A stretch of 38,413 nucleotides of DNA from Gemmatimonadales bacterium (GCA_041615815.1 JBFJCP010000035.1:1-38413), one strand, 5' to 3'. Numbered from the stretch's first letter, positions 1 to 9,277 are shown. Made by a program: numbers and translations. The notes: a model not told the origin generated them from the sequence alone.

Positions 1-627
1 ATTCCCGAGGACCGGGTCGGGGATCTGTTCTGTGTCCTGGTCTGTTGCTGGAACGGTCCGCATGAGGAGGCTGAGCGCGTACTGCAGCCACTACGCGACG
101 CGGCCGAGGTAAAGGCGGAGAACGTCGACATGATGCCGTTCCCGGCTCTCCAAAGCGCCTTCGACGGTCTCGTCCCGAAGGGCATGCAGCATTACTGGAA
201 AGCAGACTTCGTTACCGAGCTCACCGACCAGGCAATCGCGGCGCACATCGAGCATGGCAAGAAGACACCGCACATCAGCTCGAGCATGCATCTCCATCCG
301 ATCAACGGTGCGGCTCAGCGGGTCGGTGCCGACGAGACCGCATTCGGACATCGAGACAAGAACTTCGCCCCGGTGATCGTGGGGATTTGGGACGACCCTG
401 CCGAGAACGAGGCCAACATCAGGTGGGTGAAGGATTACTACGCCGCTATTCACCCCCACTCGGGCAGCGATGGTGGCTACGTCAACTTCATGTCCAGCGA
501 CGACGACCACCGCGCGCCTGCGAACTACGGCACCAACTACGAGCGGCTCGCCGCAGTGAAGGCGACCTATGATCCGGACAACCTGTTCCACATCAACCAG
601 AACATCGCTCCGGCGAACAAAAGCTGA
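1..627 (+). CDS. FAD-binding oxidoreductase, berberine-bridge-enzyme (BBE)-like C-terminus; 5'-truncated by the window edge
   Basis: Frame is open from base 1 (IPEDRVGDLFC...) to TGA at 627. Carries the BBE tail GGYVNFMS...ANYGTNYERLAAVKATYDPDNLFHINQNI and the motif YWKADFV. Confidence 0.9.
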   Translation: MPEDRVGDLFCVLVCCWNGPHEEAERVLQPLRDAAEVKAENVDMMPFPALQSAFDGLVPKGMQHYWKADFVTELTDQAIAAHIEHGKKTPHISSSMHLHPINGAAQRVGADETAFGHRDKNFAPVIVGIWDDPAENEANIRWVKDYYAAIHPHSGSDGGYVNFMSSDDDHRAPANYGTNYERLAAVKATYDPDNLFHINQNIAPANKS

Positions 628-686
628 ACATCGCGGGACTTCATCTTGGCCGTGGATATCGCAGCCGTCTCCCCAGGAGGAACACG

Positions 687-1475
687 ATGCCCCGATACCA
701 CCTCGCGAATGTCGTACCAATAGTCGCCGCCGTCCTGAGCGCATGCGGGAAGGAAGTCCCGGTTGCCGAAGTGGAGGGCGAGTGCGCAGATGTCTACGAG
801 GCGCAGGTCTGCACCTGGGCGCGGATGCAGGGGACAACACTCGTCGCGGTCGGTGTGACCGTCCCGATTGCCAGCATCGAGAATGCACCGGACGATCAGC
901 AGATGGTCTGGCCGCCGGCGCAGACCGCCGCATTGAGAATGCCGCAATCGGCCCAACAGCAGGCTGGGCTTACGGAACTCACAATGTTCTGGGAAGCCCA
1001 TGGACACCCGCCCGGTCCGTACCTGACGCCGCACTTCGACTTCCATTTCTATACGATCCCGCCCACGGAGCGGTCTGCCATTGACTGCACCGATGAGACC
1101 AAGCCGTCCGTCATGCCCGCAGGCTACACGTTGCCGGACGTGATACTGCCACCTCCTCTAGCCCAGATGGCCGGCGATAGCATTCTCATCGGCCTTTGTG
1201 TTCGGCAAATGGGTATGCATTCCCTGTTGACCTCCGAGCTGGAGAGCACGGACACGTTTCGCGGGAGCATGGTCATCGGCTACTACCACGGCATGCCGAT
1301 CTTCATCGAACCCATGGTCACGCGCGCACTCCTATTGGAGAAGCAGTCGTTCGATCTGCCCATCCCCAGCCTGCCAAGTATGACCGGGGCATATCCGAGG
1401 AGCTTCCAGGCGGCGTACGACGCTGAACGGCAGGTCTATCACTTTGTGTTTTCCGAGTTTGCGGCTGGCGCATAG
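687..1475 (+). CDS. DUF5602/TTHB210-like lipoprotein
   Basis: AGGAGG RBS upstream; lipobox-like VLSA-C; family-like motifs GHPPGPYLTPHFDFHFY, QMGMH and GYYHGMPIFIEPM. Confidence 0.75.
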   Translation: MPRYHLANVVPIVAAVLSACGKEVPVAEVEGECADVYEAQVCTWARMQGTTLVAVGVTVPIASIENAPDDQQMVWPPAQTAALRMPQSAQQQAGLTELTMFWEAHGHPPGPYLTPHFDFHFYTIPPTERSAIDCTDETKPSVMPAGYTLPDVILPPPLAQMAGDSILIGLCVRQMGMHSLLTSELESTDTFRGSMVIGYYHGMPIFIEPMVTRALLLEKQSFDLPIPSLPSMTGAYPRSFQAAYDAERQVYHFVFSEFAAGA

Positions 1476-1590
1476 CTTGGGGGGTCGAAACCGGTGCAGG
1501 TGTTCGAAGCGCGAGCGGACGAGACCACGCTCGTCACCATCACGAATTCGGGCTTCACCGAAAGCGATGATGAGAAGGTGGCGAAGGCTC
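1331..1590 (+). repeat. 260-bp imperfect direct repeat, copy 1 (DUF5602 3' end + SRPBCC fragment)
   Basis: Manual alignment to 3859-4118: about 21 substitutions in the first 145 nt, two compensating 1-nt indels plus one substitution in the spacer, and 1 mismatch in the last 90 nt. Confidence 0.95.
1500..1590 (+). pseudogene. Fragment of an SRPBCC/AHSA1-like gene
   Basis: Translates VFEARADETTLVTITNSGFTESDDEKVAKA, resembling the last strand and helix of bacterial SRPBCC/Aha1 proteins. No start or remainder of the gene. Confidence 0.55.
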
Positions 1591-1719
1591 ACGTGGCGCG
1601 GAAGGCAAACACATTCCATAATCGCGTCAACAACGGACAACGTCCACGTTTGAAAGAGGCTCGCTTCCAAGGACGTTTCCATTATTTTAGCAAAGTCCTC
1701 ATCGCTCCGCCGGAAGCGC

Positions 1720-3843
1720 ATGCCCGTCCTCAAGAAAGCGCAGAAGCTCAGGAAAGAACTGGGGCTGTTCGACGTCTATGCGATCTGCACGGGCGCCATG
1801 TTCAGCTCGGGCTTCTTCCTGTTGCCCGGGCTGGCCGCGGCCAAGGCGGGACCGACGGTGGTACTGGCGTATCTCATTGCCGGAGTGCTCATCTTGCCTG
1901 CGATGTTCAGCAAGGCCGAATTGAGCACGGCTCTGCCGCGAGCCGGAGGGACCTACTACTTCCTCGACCGCAGCCTCGGCCCGATGTTCGGTACGATCGG
2001 CGGGCTTGGCACATATTTCGCACTCACGCTCAAGACAGCGTTCGCGCTCGTAGGCATCGGGGCCTATTCGGCACTCTTCATAGAGCTGCCGATCAAACCG
2101 ATAGCCATTGCATTGACGGCCGTGTTTGTCGGCATCAATGTCATCGGGGCGAAGGAGACCAGCGGCCTGCAGCGCGGGTTTGTGGTAATCCTCCTGAGCG
2201 TTACGGTCTTTTTCATCCTGCAGGGCTTTCACGAGATCATCTTCGAACAGTCCCGGTCGCTGACTCGCGAGCGCTTCACTCCGTTCGCACCGTTCGGCGT
2301 GGAGGGACTGCTTACGACGGTCGGGTTTGTGTTCGTTTCGTATGCGGGGTTAACGAAGGTGGCCAGTGTCGCCGAAGAGGTGACGGACCCGGAGCGCAAC
2401 ATCCCCCTCGGGATGATTCTGTCGCTCGCGTCAACCTCCCTTATCTACGTCGCAGGCGTGTTCGTCATGGTGGCGGTGCTGGAGCCTGAGTCGTTTCACG
2501 CCGATCTGACGCCGGTGGCGACGGCCGCCGAGGCCTTCTTCACGTGGCTGCCCCAGCCGATCGGGCTGGTGTTAATTGTGGCCGCTGCACTCTCGGCGTT
2601 CGCATCCACGGGCAACGCTGGTGTGCTCTCGGCATCGCGCTATCCGATGGCCATGGCACGCGACCGTCTGCTGCCCCATTTGTTTGCAAGACTGAGTCGT
2701 TTCCGCACGCCATCGACCGCCATCTTCGCAACTGGCATCCTGATCGTCTTCTTCATCCTCGTGCTCGACGAAGAGGGTATCGCGAAGCTCGCCAGCGCCT
2801 TTCAATTATTCATCTTCATGCTGGTAAATCTCGCTGTCGTCGTGATGCGCGAGAGCCGGATCCCTTCCTACGACCCGGGCTATCGATCACCCCTCTATCC
2901 CTGGATGCAAGTGGCGGGCATCCTCGCTTCGTTCATCCTGATCGTGTACATGGGCTGGCTCGCCATTTTGTTTACGCTGGGTGTGGTGGTGGCATGCCTG
3001 ATCTGGTACCTATGGTATGCGCGGCCGAACGTCGTTCGGGACGGGGCGATCTATCACTGGTTCAGACGGCTCGGCCAGCGTCAGTACGATGAGCTCGACC
3101 GCGAATTCAGGACGATTCTGAAAGAAAAGGGGCTCCGGTCGGACGACGAGTTTAACGAGGTCGTGGCCCGGGCGCAGGTGATCGAGATGGCCGAAGGCGA
3201 GTCCTTCGAGGAGCTCGTGTCGAAGGCGGCCGACCGGCTTGCGGCCCGGCTGCCGGTCCCCGCCGCCAAGCTGGAGCAGGGCTTCCTGCAGGGAACGAAG
3301 ACCGGTGCGACACCGGTTGCTCGCGGCGCCGCTCTGCCGCACCTCCATGTACTCGGCATCGAGCGGCCGGAGATGGTGCTGGCACGATCACGCACCGGTC
3401 TGCATATGGAAGTCATCGACGCCCTCGGCGGCGAGGAGGACGTCACGCAGCGCGTCCACGCCATCTTCCTGCTCGTCAGCCCGGAAGAAGACCACGGACA
3501 GCACCTTCGAATGCTCGCGCACCTCGCCAACCGTGTCGACGAGGACCACTTCATTAATGAGTGGCTGCAGGCTCGCAACGCAGCCCACCTCAAAGAACTG
3601 CTTCTCGAGGACGCACACTACCAGACGGTGCGCCTGCGATCGACGGACAATACGGCCGAACTTATCGGCAAGGCGCTGAAGGAACTGGAGCTGCCGGAGA
3701 ATACGCTGGTGGCCATCATCCGTCGCGGACATGACATCATCGTCCCCGGCGGCAATGCGGTCCTGAGAGAAAACGACCGGGTCACCATCATCGGTGAGCC
3801 CGACGCACTCCGGCTGTTGAGAAACCGTTACACGACGACGTGA
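1720..3843 (+). CDS. APC-family amino acid permease fused to PTS EIIA-like and TrkA-C (RCK_C) domains
   Basis: About 12 hydrophobic segments with APC motifs (GAMFSSGFF, AELSTALPRAGGTY, SYAGLTKVASVAEEV). Followed by TPVARGAALPH...HLRMLAHLA (EIIA) and LIGKALKELELPENTLVAIIRRG...PGGNAVLRENDRVTIIG (RCK_C). Confidence 0.9.
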   Translation: MPVLKKAQKLRKELGLFDVYAICTGAMFSSGFFLLPGLAAAKAGPTVVLAYLIAGVLILPAMFSKAELSTALPRAGGTYYFLDRSLGPMFGTIGGLGTYFALTLKTAFALVGIGAYSALFIELPIKPIAIALTAVFVGINVIGAKETSGLQRGFVVILLSVTVFFILQGFHEIIFEQSRSLTRERFTPFAPFGVEGLLTTVGFVFVSYAGLTKVASVAEEVTDPERNIPLGMILSLASTSLIYVAGVFVMVAVLEPESFHADLTPVATAAEAFFTWLPQPIGLVLIVAAALSAFASTGNAGVLSASRYPMAMARDRLLPHLFARLSRFRTPSTAIFATGILIVFFILVLDEEGIAKLASAFQLFIFMLVNLAVVVMRESRIPSYDPGYRSPLYPWMQVAGILASFILIVYMGWLAILFTLGVVVACLIWYLWYARPNVVRDGAIYHWFRRLGQRQYDELDREFRTILKEKGLRSDDEFNEVVARAQVIEMAEGESFEELVSKAADRLAARLPVPAAKLEQGFLQGTKTGATPVARGAALPHLHVLGIERPEMVLARSRTGLHMEVIDALGGEEDVTQRVHAIFLLVSPEEDHGQHLRMLAHLANRVDEDHFINEWLQARNAAHLKELLLEDAHYQTVRLRSTDNTAELIGKALKELELPENTLVAIIRRGHDIIVPGGNAVLRENDRVTIIGEPDALRLLRNRYTTT

Positions 3844-3858
3844 CCAACAGCGTCCCGA

Positions 3859-4118
3859 CCTGTTGGAGAAGCACTCGTTCGATCTGCCCATCCCCCGTCT
3901 CTCCGGGATGTCCGGCGTATATCCGAGGACCTTCCATGCGGAGTACGATGCTCAACAGCAGGTCTATTACTTTGTGTTTTCCGACTTTGCGGCTGGTGCA
4001 TAGCTTGGGGGTCGAAACCCGTGCAGGTTGTTCGAAGCGCGAGCGGACGAGACCACGCTCGTCACCATCACGAATTCGGGCTTCACCGGAAGCGATGATG
4101 AGAAGGTGGCGAAGGCTC
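3859..4118 (+). repeat. 260-bp imperfect direct repeat, copy 2
   Basis: Aligns to 1331-1590 at an offset of 2528 nt. Confidence 0.95.
3860..4003 (+). pseudogene. Orphan, diverged 3' end of a DUF5602-like gene
   Basis: Translates LLEKHSFDLPIPRLSGMSGVYPRTFHAEYDAQQQVYYFVFSDFAAGA*, versus LLEKQSFDLPIPSLPSMTGAYPRSFQAAYDAERQVYHFVFSEFAAGA* in 687-1475. Confidence 0.85.
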
Positions 4119-4123
4119 TAGAA
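4028..4123 (+). pseudogene. Second copy of the SRPBCC/AHSA1-like fragment
   Basis: LFEARADETTLVTITNSGFTGSDDEKVAKALE; near-identical to 1500-1590. Confidence 0.55.
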
Positions 4124-4251
4124 AGGCAGAATCTGCGATCTGAGCTTTTTGTCCATAGGTTCGTCATGCACACGAGTCCACCCTCATCCATATGCGAGAA
4201 CCGAATGCGGGGCGAGGTCGTCAAGGCGTTGTACCCGTTGAGGACCACGGA

Positions 4252-6495
4252 ATGACACACAACCTGTCGGCCTCGGACCGCGAGCAGCTCTCCGGTCTTC
4301 CTCTATTCGCCGACCTACCACCGGAGGCTCTGACACGGATGCTCAACGCGGCCGCAGCGAGACGCTGGGCCGCGACCGCGCCGGTGATTCGTGAAGGCGA
4401 GGAGAGCCACGAGCTCTTCGTGGTCCTCGACGGATCGGTGCAGGTCACCGTGCGCACCGACGATCGTGACCTGGTGCTCGCCAAGCTCGGTCCCGGCGAT
4501 GTCTTTGGGGAAGAGGGCCTCCTCTCGGGAACGGTGCGCGCGGCCACGGTCACGGCGCTCACCGAGTTGCGATGCGCGGTGCTGCCGCGTCGTGCCCTGG
4601 ATTCGGTGCTGGAAGACGCAACCGCAATGCGAACCGGACTCGAGGAACTCTCGGTCCGCAGGCTGCACGACCGCTTGGTCCGCTCTGTGACTGCTCTTCA
4701 AGGCCTCGAGCGGGATGGCCTCCACAGTGGGGACGTCCGCCGCGTGTCATTTTCGCCCGGCGCCGTGATCCTCAGGCAAGGCGAGGCCTCGGATGCCGTT
4801 TACTTCATCCTCGACGGCATTGTGATCGCCCTGCGCGACGGACGCGACCAGCCAGTCGTGATGACCCGCGTCGGCTCCGGACAATGCGTCGGCGAAGTCG
4901 GAGTCCTCAAGCGCGCCGCACGCTCCGCGTCGGTCGTTGCGGAGACGCAGGTCGTGACGCTCCGAGTGGATGCGGATCGATTCCGCGCTTGGGTCGCAAG
5001 CAATCCTCGGCTCGCGGACTACCTGGGGACGCTCGAGCGGATCTACCCGCTGGCCGACGGCCGGCTCCTCTCCGTCTATCGCAGCCAGCACATGGGGCGC
5101 GAGGCCGTGACGACCCTCGCCGGCGATCCAGCTTCCGATTGCATCATGTCGACGAAGGTGATTGGCGAAGACATCGTCCTCCTCGCGAGAGGCGCGGCGA
5201 GCGCCGGGGTGGACCGCGAAGTCGTGCGTTACGAGCGCCCTGGGGACGGACGAGAACGCGAGTTGGTGCTCGAGTGCCTCGAGAGAGGATCGAGGGGTGA
5301 GGTCCTCAGCGCTCGGATCGACGGCGTGCAGGTACGAGGGACTGATCTCGACGTACCCCTGCTCTACCACGCGCTCAGAAACCGGCAGGTGATACACCAG
5401 AGAGAAATCAAGCGCTTTCGCCGAGCGGGATTCCTCGGAGGGCAAACGCCGGCCGCTCACAAGCATAGGATCTGCGGCTGCTTGGGCATCGGCGGGCGGG
5501 AGCTGCTGGCTGCGAGCGCCCAGCACGGCGGTGACTTGAACACGATCAGCGCAATGCTGGGGATCGGAACCGTCTGCGGTGCCTGTCTTCCGCGAGCCGC
5601 GGAAGCGATCCATTGCCCGACGCCACTCACCGCCTCATTTCCCGCACTCCCGACGATACAGCGTCGAGGCAAATCGAAGTTGATCGTGCGTCGGCCGCGC
5701 ATCGAATATGACATGAGCGCTTTGCAGCAGCTTTCGGCCGAGCCGCAGATTCATGCGCTGGCGGTTGCGTCACTGTTTGCCACCATTGGCGAGCGGTTCA
5801 TGGTGCAGCGGGTTGGCGCCGCTCTGCCCGCACTTGCAGATCCGGCGCTCACGGCGGACGTCGAAGTCTTTCTCGAGCAGGAGAGCCAACACATTGCCGC
5901 CCACGAGCCGTTCAACCGTCTGCTCCTGGACCGCATCTATCGCGACAATCGTGCCCTGCATCGGTGCGCGCATGGAATGGTTGGGGGTGTCGAGCGGGTC
6001 TCCACAAGAACGGGCCTCGCGGTGTCCGCCTTCTTTGAGCACATCGCTGATTGCACATTCGCGGCATTCCTGGAGGATTACTACGGGCGCAACCGGCGCT
6101 TCAGCTCCGATCCTGGCGTGCACGACCTGATAGACCGTTCCGGCGTTGGCTCGCTCTTCCTCTGGCATGCCGGCGAAGAGATGTCGCACCGTCACGTCGC
6201 ATTCGATGTGATGCGGGCATACGGCGCCGGCTGGTTCACCCGCGTGGCCGCCGTGGGGTTGCTCGGGATGCAGGCCGCACTTTTGTTCCTCCCGGCGTCT
6301 GCCGCGCTCTACATGAGCACCCGCCGGCAGAAGCGTGCTCGCGCATCCCGCCGGCTCAATGTCACCGTGCGCATAGCGTTGTCCTCGTTCGTCCGCGGAA
6401 TGCGCTTCCTTTTACCGGGCTTCCATCCGCGGAAAGAGCGCTACCCATTCTTGGCCGAGCTCGAGCAGGATCTGGCGCGCTTCCCCGAAGCGTAA
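4252..6495 (+). CDS. Fusion protein: two cyclic-nucleotide-binding domains + NirB-like C-terminal segment + BFD-like [2Fe-2S] domain + PF10118-type ferritin-like (predicted metal-dependent hydrolase) domain
   Basis: FGEEGLL...RAATV and VGEVGVL...RSASV (cNMP cassettes); ICGCLG...GTVCGACLP (BFD); GERF, QESQH...H, FEH, WHAGEEMSHRHVAFDV, PGFHP (PF10118-like). Start placed at ATG 4252 after GAGGA. Confidence 0.8.
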   Translation: MTHNLSASDREQLSGLPLFADLPPEALTRMLNAAAARRWAATAPVIREGEESHELFVVLDGSVQVTVRTDDRDLVLAKLGPGDVFGEEGLLSGTVRAATVTALTELRCAVLPRRALDSVLEDATAMRTGLEELSVRRLHDRLVRSVTALQGLERDGLHSGDVRRVSFSPGAVILRQGEASDAVYFILDGIVIALRDGRDQPVVMTRVGSGQCVGEVGVLKRAARSASVVAETQVVTLRVDADRFRAWVASNPRLADYLGTLERIYPLADGRLLSVYRSQHMGREAVTTLAGDPASDCIMSTKVIGEDIVLLARGAASAGVDREVVRYERPGDGRERELVLECLERGSRGEVLSARIDGVQVRGTDLDVPLLYHALRNRQVIHQREIKRFRRAGFLGGQTPAAHKHRICGCLGIGGRELLAASAQHGGDLNTISAMLGIGTVCGACLPRAAEAIHCPTPLTASFPALPTIQRRGKSKLIVRRPRIEYDMSALQQLSAEPQIHALAVASLFATIGERFMVQRVGAALPALADPALTADVEVFLEQESQHIAAHEPFNRLLLDRIYRDNRALHRCAHGMVGGVERVSTRTGLAVSAFFEHIADCTFAAFLEDYYGRNRRFSSDPGVHDLIDRSGVGSLFLWHAGEEMSHRHVAFDVMRAYGAGWFTRVAAVGLLGMQAALLFLPASAALYMSTRRQKRARASRRLNVTVRIALSSFVRGMRFLLPGFHPRKERYPFLAELEQDLARFPEA

Positions 6496-6594
6496 TGCGT
6501 TGCGATGGTACCCGCGCCCGGCTGGCGGGATCGGCATATCACCGTCAGCGCCGCTTTCCTTGCCAGACCCCGTTACCCCGGCGATGTTCTCTCC

Positions 6595-7767
6595 ATGCGT
6601 GTCGCCGTTCACGCCGTTTCCATCGCTTCCATCATCGTCCCGGGCATCCTTTGCGCTCAGGAATCGGCCCGCAGCCCGACCGCGGTGTTGGCTGTCGCGT
6701 CGTGGAGCGGGACGTTTTCCGCCACGTTCGCCGACACGACGACGTCGGACGGAGAGGTTCGCGTGCAATTCCGATCCGTCCAAGGGACGGTCCGCTTCAG
6801 TAAGCCACGACGTCGAGGAACAACAGCCGCGAGCTGGAGCGGTACGGGAGCGGGCGACTGGCGCGTCGACGATCGCATCACCACGCCCGTGCCCCGCGGA
6901 TCCGAGGTCACGCAGACGATGTCGGGGCAGGGCACGGCGCCGCTGGACGAGCGACGCACCTCGTTGCGAGTCGATACGGGTCGTCACACGTACGATCTGA
7001 CGCTCGCCCTCGAGCCATTCCAGGTGGATCTCGTCACCGAGGGCGGGACGCTGGACGAGCCGATGCGCACGCGCACGCGGCCGCCGCGGGGTGGTGGCCT
7101 CGCTGGCTCGGTCCGGGGCGCCGTGCTGCCTGCCACAGGACTGCTGCTCGAAGGGAATCAGACGCTGCAAGACGGGACCGTGCTGCGTTGGAGTTTCGCT
7201 CCTGCGGGAGGCGTCCAGACGGCCGAACATGCAGAACCGCCGCCGGCACCGGCGAAACAGCAAGAGGTGGATGGTCCACCGCCCGCGCCCCCCGCGGCTC
7301 CCGCTGAGTCGACCCTTCCGCAACTATCCATGAACCGACCAGGTCGCGGTGAGTCCGGCACGTCGTGGTTCGAGGATCGATGGGAGCGGTCGTACACCGT
7401 TGCCGTGGTCGAGGTGATCCCACCGGAACGCGAGAAAGACTTCAAAGGCCTCGATCACACGCTCGTGATCAAGGTCATGGGTGACGACGGCGGTTGGATC
7501 ACGATCGCGGAAGCGCCCGTGAAGCCCGGCCCCGTCTCGGGGATGGACGGGTGGCAGAAGGATCATCCGGTGCAGCTCAATCCCGATTACTTCGTGATCC
7601 GGTTGGTGAAATCGTTGACCGAGCCCATGGCCGCCCGCGGGATTCGCTTCGAGTTGCAGGGTGCCCGGGTGTTGGGTGGGGGGTGGACGTTCTGGGTCCG
7701 ATCGGCACCACAGCCGGACATGATCGGCGAAACCCGCTATGAGTGGAAGTACACACATGCTTGGTGA
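6595..7767 (+). CDS. Exported hypothetical protein: beta-rich module A + Pro-rich linker + possible discoidin/CBM-like C-terminal domain
   Basis: Signal-like MRVAVHAVSIASIIVPGILCA-QE from ATG 6595; PPPAPPAAPAE linker; SWFEDRWERSYTV...EPMAARGIRFEL resembles an F5/8C jelly-roll. The start could be 6505. Confidence 0.65.
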   Translation: MRVAVHAVSIASIIVPGILCAQESARSPTAVLAVASWSGTFSATFADTTTSDGEVRVQFRSVQGTVRFSKPRRRGTTAASWSGTGAGDWRVDDRITTPVPRGSEVTQTMSGQGTAPLDERRTSLRVDTGRHTYDLTLALEPFQVDLVTEGGTLDEPMRTRTRPPRGGGLAGSVRGAVLPATGLLLEGNQTLQDGTVLRWSFAPAGGVQTAEHAEPPPAPAKQQEVDGPPPAPPAAPAESTLPQLSMNRPGRGESGTSWFEDRWERSYTVAVVEVIPPEREKDFKGLDHTLVIKVMGDDGGWITIAEAPVKPGPVSGMDGWQKDHPVQLNPDYFVIRLVKSLTEPMAARGIRFELQGARVLGGGWTFWVRSAPQPDMIGETRYEWKYTHAW

Positions 7768-9277
7768 CGCTCGCCGAGCCACACGTTCTCCGCTGCGGCA
7801 CGGCGCAGCGTTGGCTTTGGCGTTGACCCTGTCGATCGCTGCGACGGCGATCGCCCAGGAGAACACGCCCAACATCGAAGGTTCTGGGACCTACCTGCCC
7901 GGCGACTACACGTTCTATTGCGCTACGTACCGGGATCCGCCTGACGCGCCGATGCTGGGTGTCGGAAGAGCCCCCAACGAGGGCGAGCGCGGCCGCCTCG
8001 TCAACGTCACGGTTGGTATCGAACGGTTGGAAGGAGAACGGGCCCGCCGCGTCGTAACCGTCCGCGACCTCGAAAACGAGGTGTGCCGTGCGAATCTGGT
8101 CGAGCCCGGCATTTACGAGGTCAGCAGCGAAACGAACATCAGCTCGTGGATCTGGGTGAAGAACCCCGACGCCAGTTCCGTGAACGTCACGCGAGTCGTT
8201 CGCCAACCACTCCCGCTCAAGTTCTTTCGCAGCGTCTACCGCATCCAGATCGGCGACGCGGAGATCGCGCCCCCACCCGAGCCTGACTGCGCCAATCCAT
8301 CACTCGAGATCGAGCACCCCAGGCCCGACACCCTCGTGGCGTTCGATCGCGGCGCGCCGGGCCGTCTCGAGATTCAGTTGGAGGCGATCGTGTTGCCCGA
8401 CGATTGTCCGGCAGAAGTCCAGTGGCAAGCAGACGACATCCGCGGATCCACCAAGACGTTTCTGTCGGCTGACGGGACCCAGTCGAACCAGGGGCAAACG
8501 CTGACGCTCGTGTACGAAGGCTTGCCGGAGCGTACCGACGCGTTTGGGCCCAAGACCATCACGGCCACCGTGGGAGGGGTCTCGAAACAGGTGGCGGTGC
8601 AAGTGTTTTTCGATCCGGATGCGACAAACCATGCCGGAGAGGGCCACAACCAGACGCCCAACTGGTTCCACTATTGGCTGCAGACCTCCGCAGGGCAGGA
8701 CAGGACGCTGAGCGAGGTCAAATACGACGACCCGTGCCAAAGAGAAGATGGTGTCAGCCACTTCGATGGGATGCAGAACCCCAACGCCATGGATGTCATC
8801 TTCGTTTGTGACGACGCGCGTATCCACCAGCAATTCGAGATTACGGGTCAGCGAACCTGGGGAATCGATACATACGCCGTGGTCATCATTCACGAGTGGA
8901 CGCACAAGCGTAATTTCGACGAGTGGTGGAGAGAGCTGATCACGGAGATGGCTCGCGACCCGGAGATCTGGAAAGACGGCAAATGGGATGTGGACCGATT
9001 CTTGGCGGCGACGGTCGGTTCCGTGGATTCGGATCAGGACGCCATCCCGAATCACTTCGAGCCGGGCATTCCCGCGAGCCGCGGTGGCCCTCTGGACTCG
9101 ACGAAGATCGATACGTACGGGTACGACACGACCGACGACGAGTACCTGGCCTTCAAGGCCCAAGAAGCTTGGCCTATCGGTTTTGCGGACGACGAAGACT
9201 GGTCGAGGTGCGGGAAGCAGTGGAGACAGAAGTATCCGAATGATTGCCCGGAGATCCCACCACCCAAGAAGAACTGA
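7757..9277 (+). CDS. Exported HEXXH zinc-metallopeptidase-like protein (module Y + module B)
   Basis: Signal peptide ending AIA-QE; HEWTH at 8891-8905; DSDQDAIP Ca-binding-like motif. Start overlaps the end of the upstream gene. Confidence 0.75.
   Translation: MLGDARRATRSPLRHGAALALALTLSIAATAIAQENTPNIEGSGTYLPGDYTFYCATYRDPPDAPMLGVGRAPNEGERGRLVNVTVGIERLEGERARRVVTVRDLENEVCRANLVEPGIYEVSSETNISSWIWVKNPDASSVNVTRVVRQPLPLKFFRSVYRIQIGDAEIAPPPEPDCANPSLEIEHPRPDTLVAFDRGAPGRLEIQLEAIVLPDDCPAEVQWQADDIRGSTKTFLSADGTQSNQGQTLTLVYEGLPERTDAFGPKTITATVGGVSKQVAVQVFFDPDATNHAGEGHNQTPNWFHYWLQTSAGQDRTLSEVKYDDPCQREDGVSHFDGMQNPNAMDVIFVCDDARIHQQFEITGQRTWGIDTYAVVIIHEWTHKRNFDEWWRELITEMARDPEIWKDGKWDVDRFLAATVGSVDSDQDAIPNHFEPGIPASRGGPLDSTKIDTYGYDTTDDEYLAFKAQEAWPIGFADDEDWSRCGKQWRQKYPNDCPEIPPPKKN

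Noticed and set aside
1466..1515. tRNA-like look of GGCGCATAGCTTGG...GTTCGAAG inside the repeat
   Set aside because: Cannot be folded into a cloverleaf; it overlaps coding sequence and has no acceptor stem.
1331..4118. Diversity-generating retroelement TR/VR pair (repeat overlapping a gene's 3' end)
   Set aside because: Mismatches involve all four bases rather than adenines only, and no reverse transcriptase is present. The same applies to the eutBC relic.
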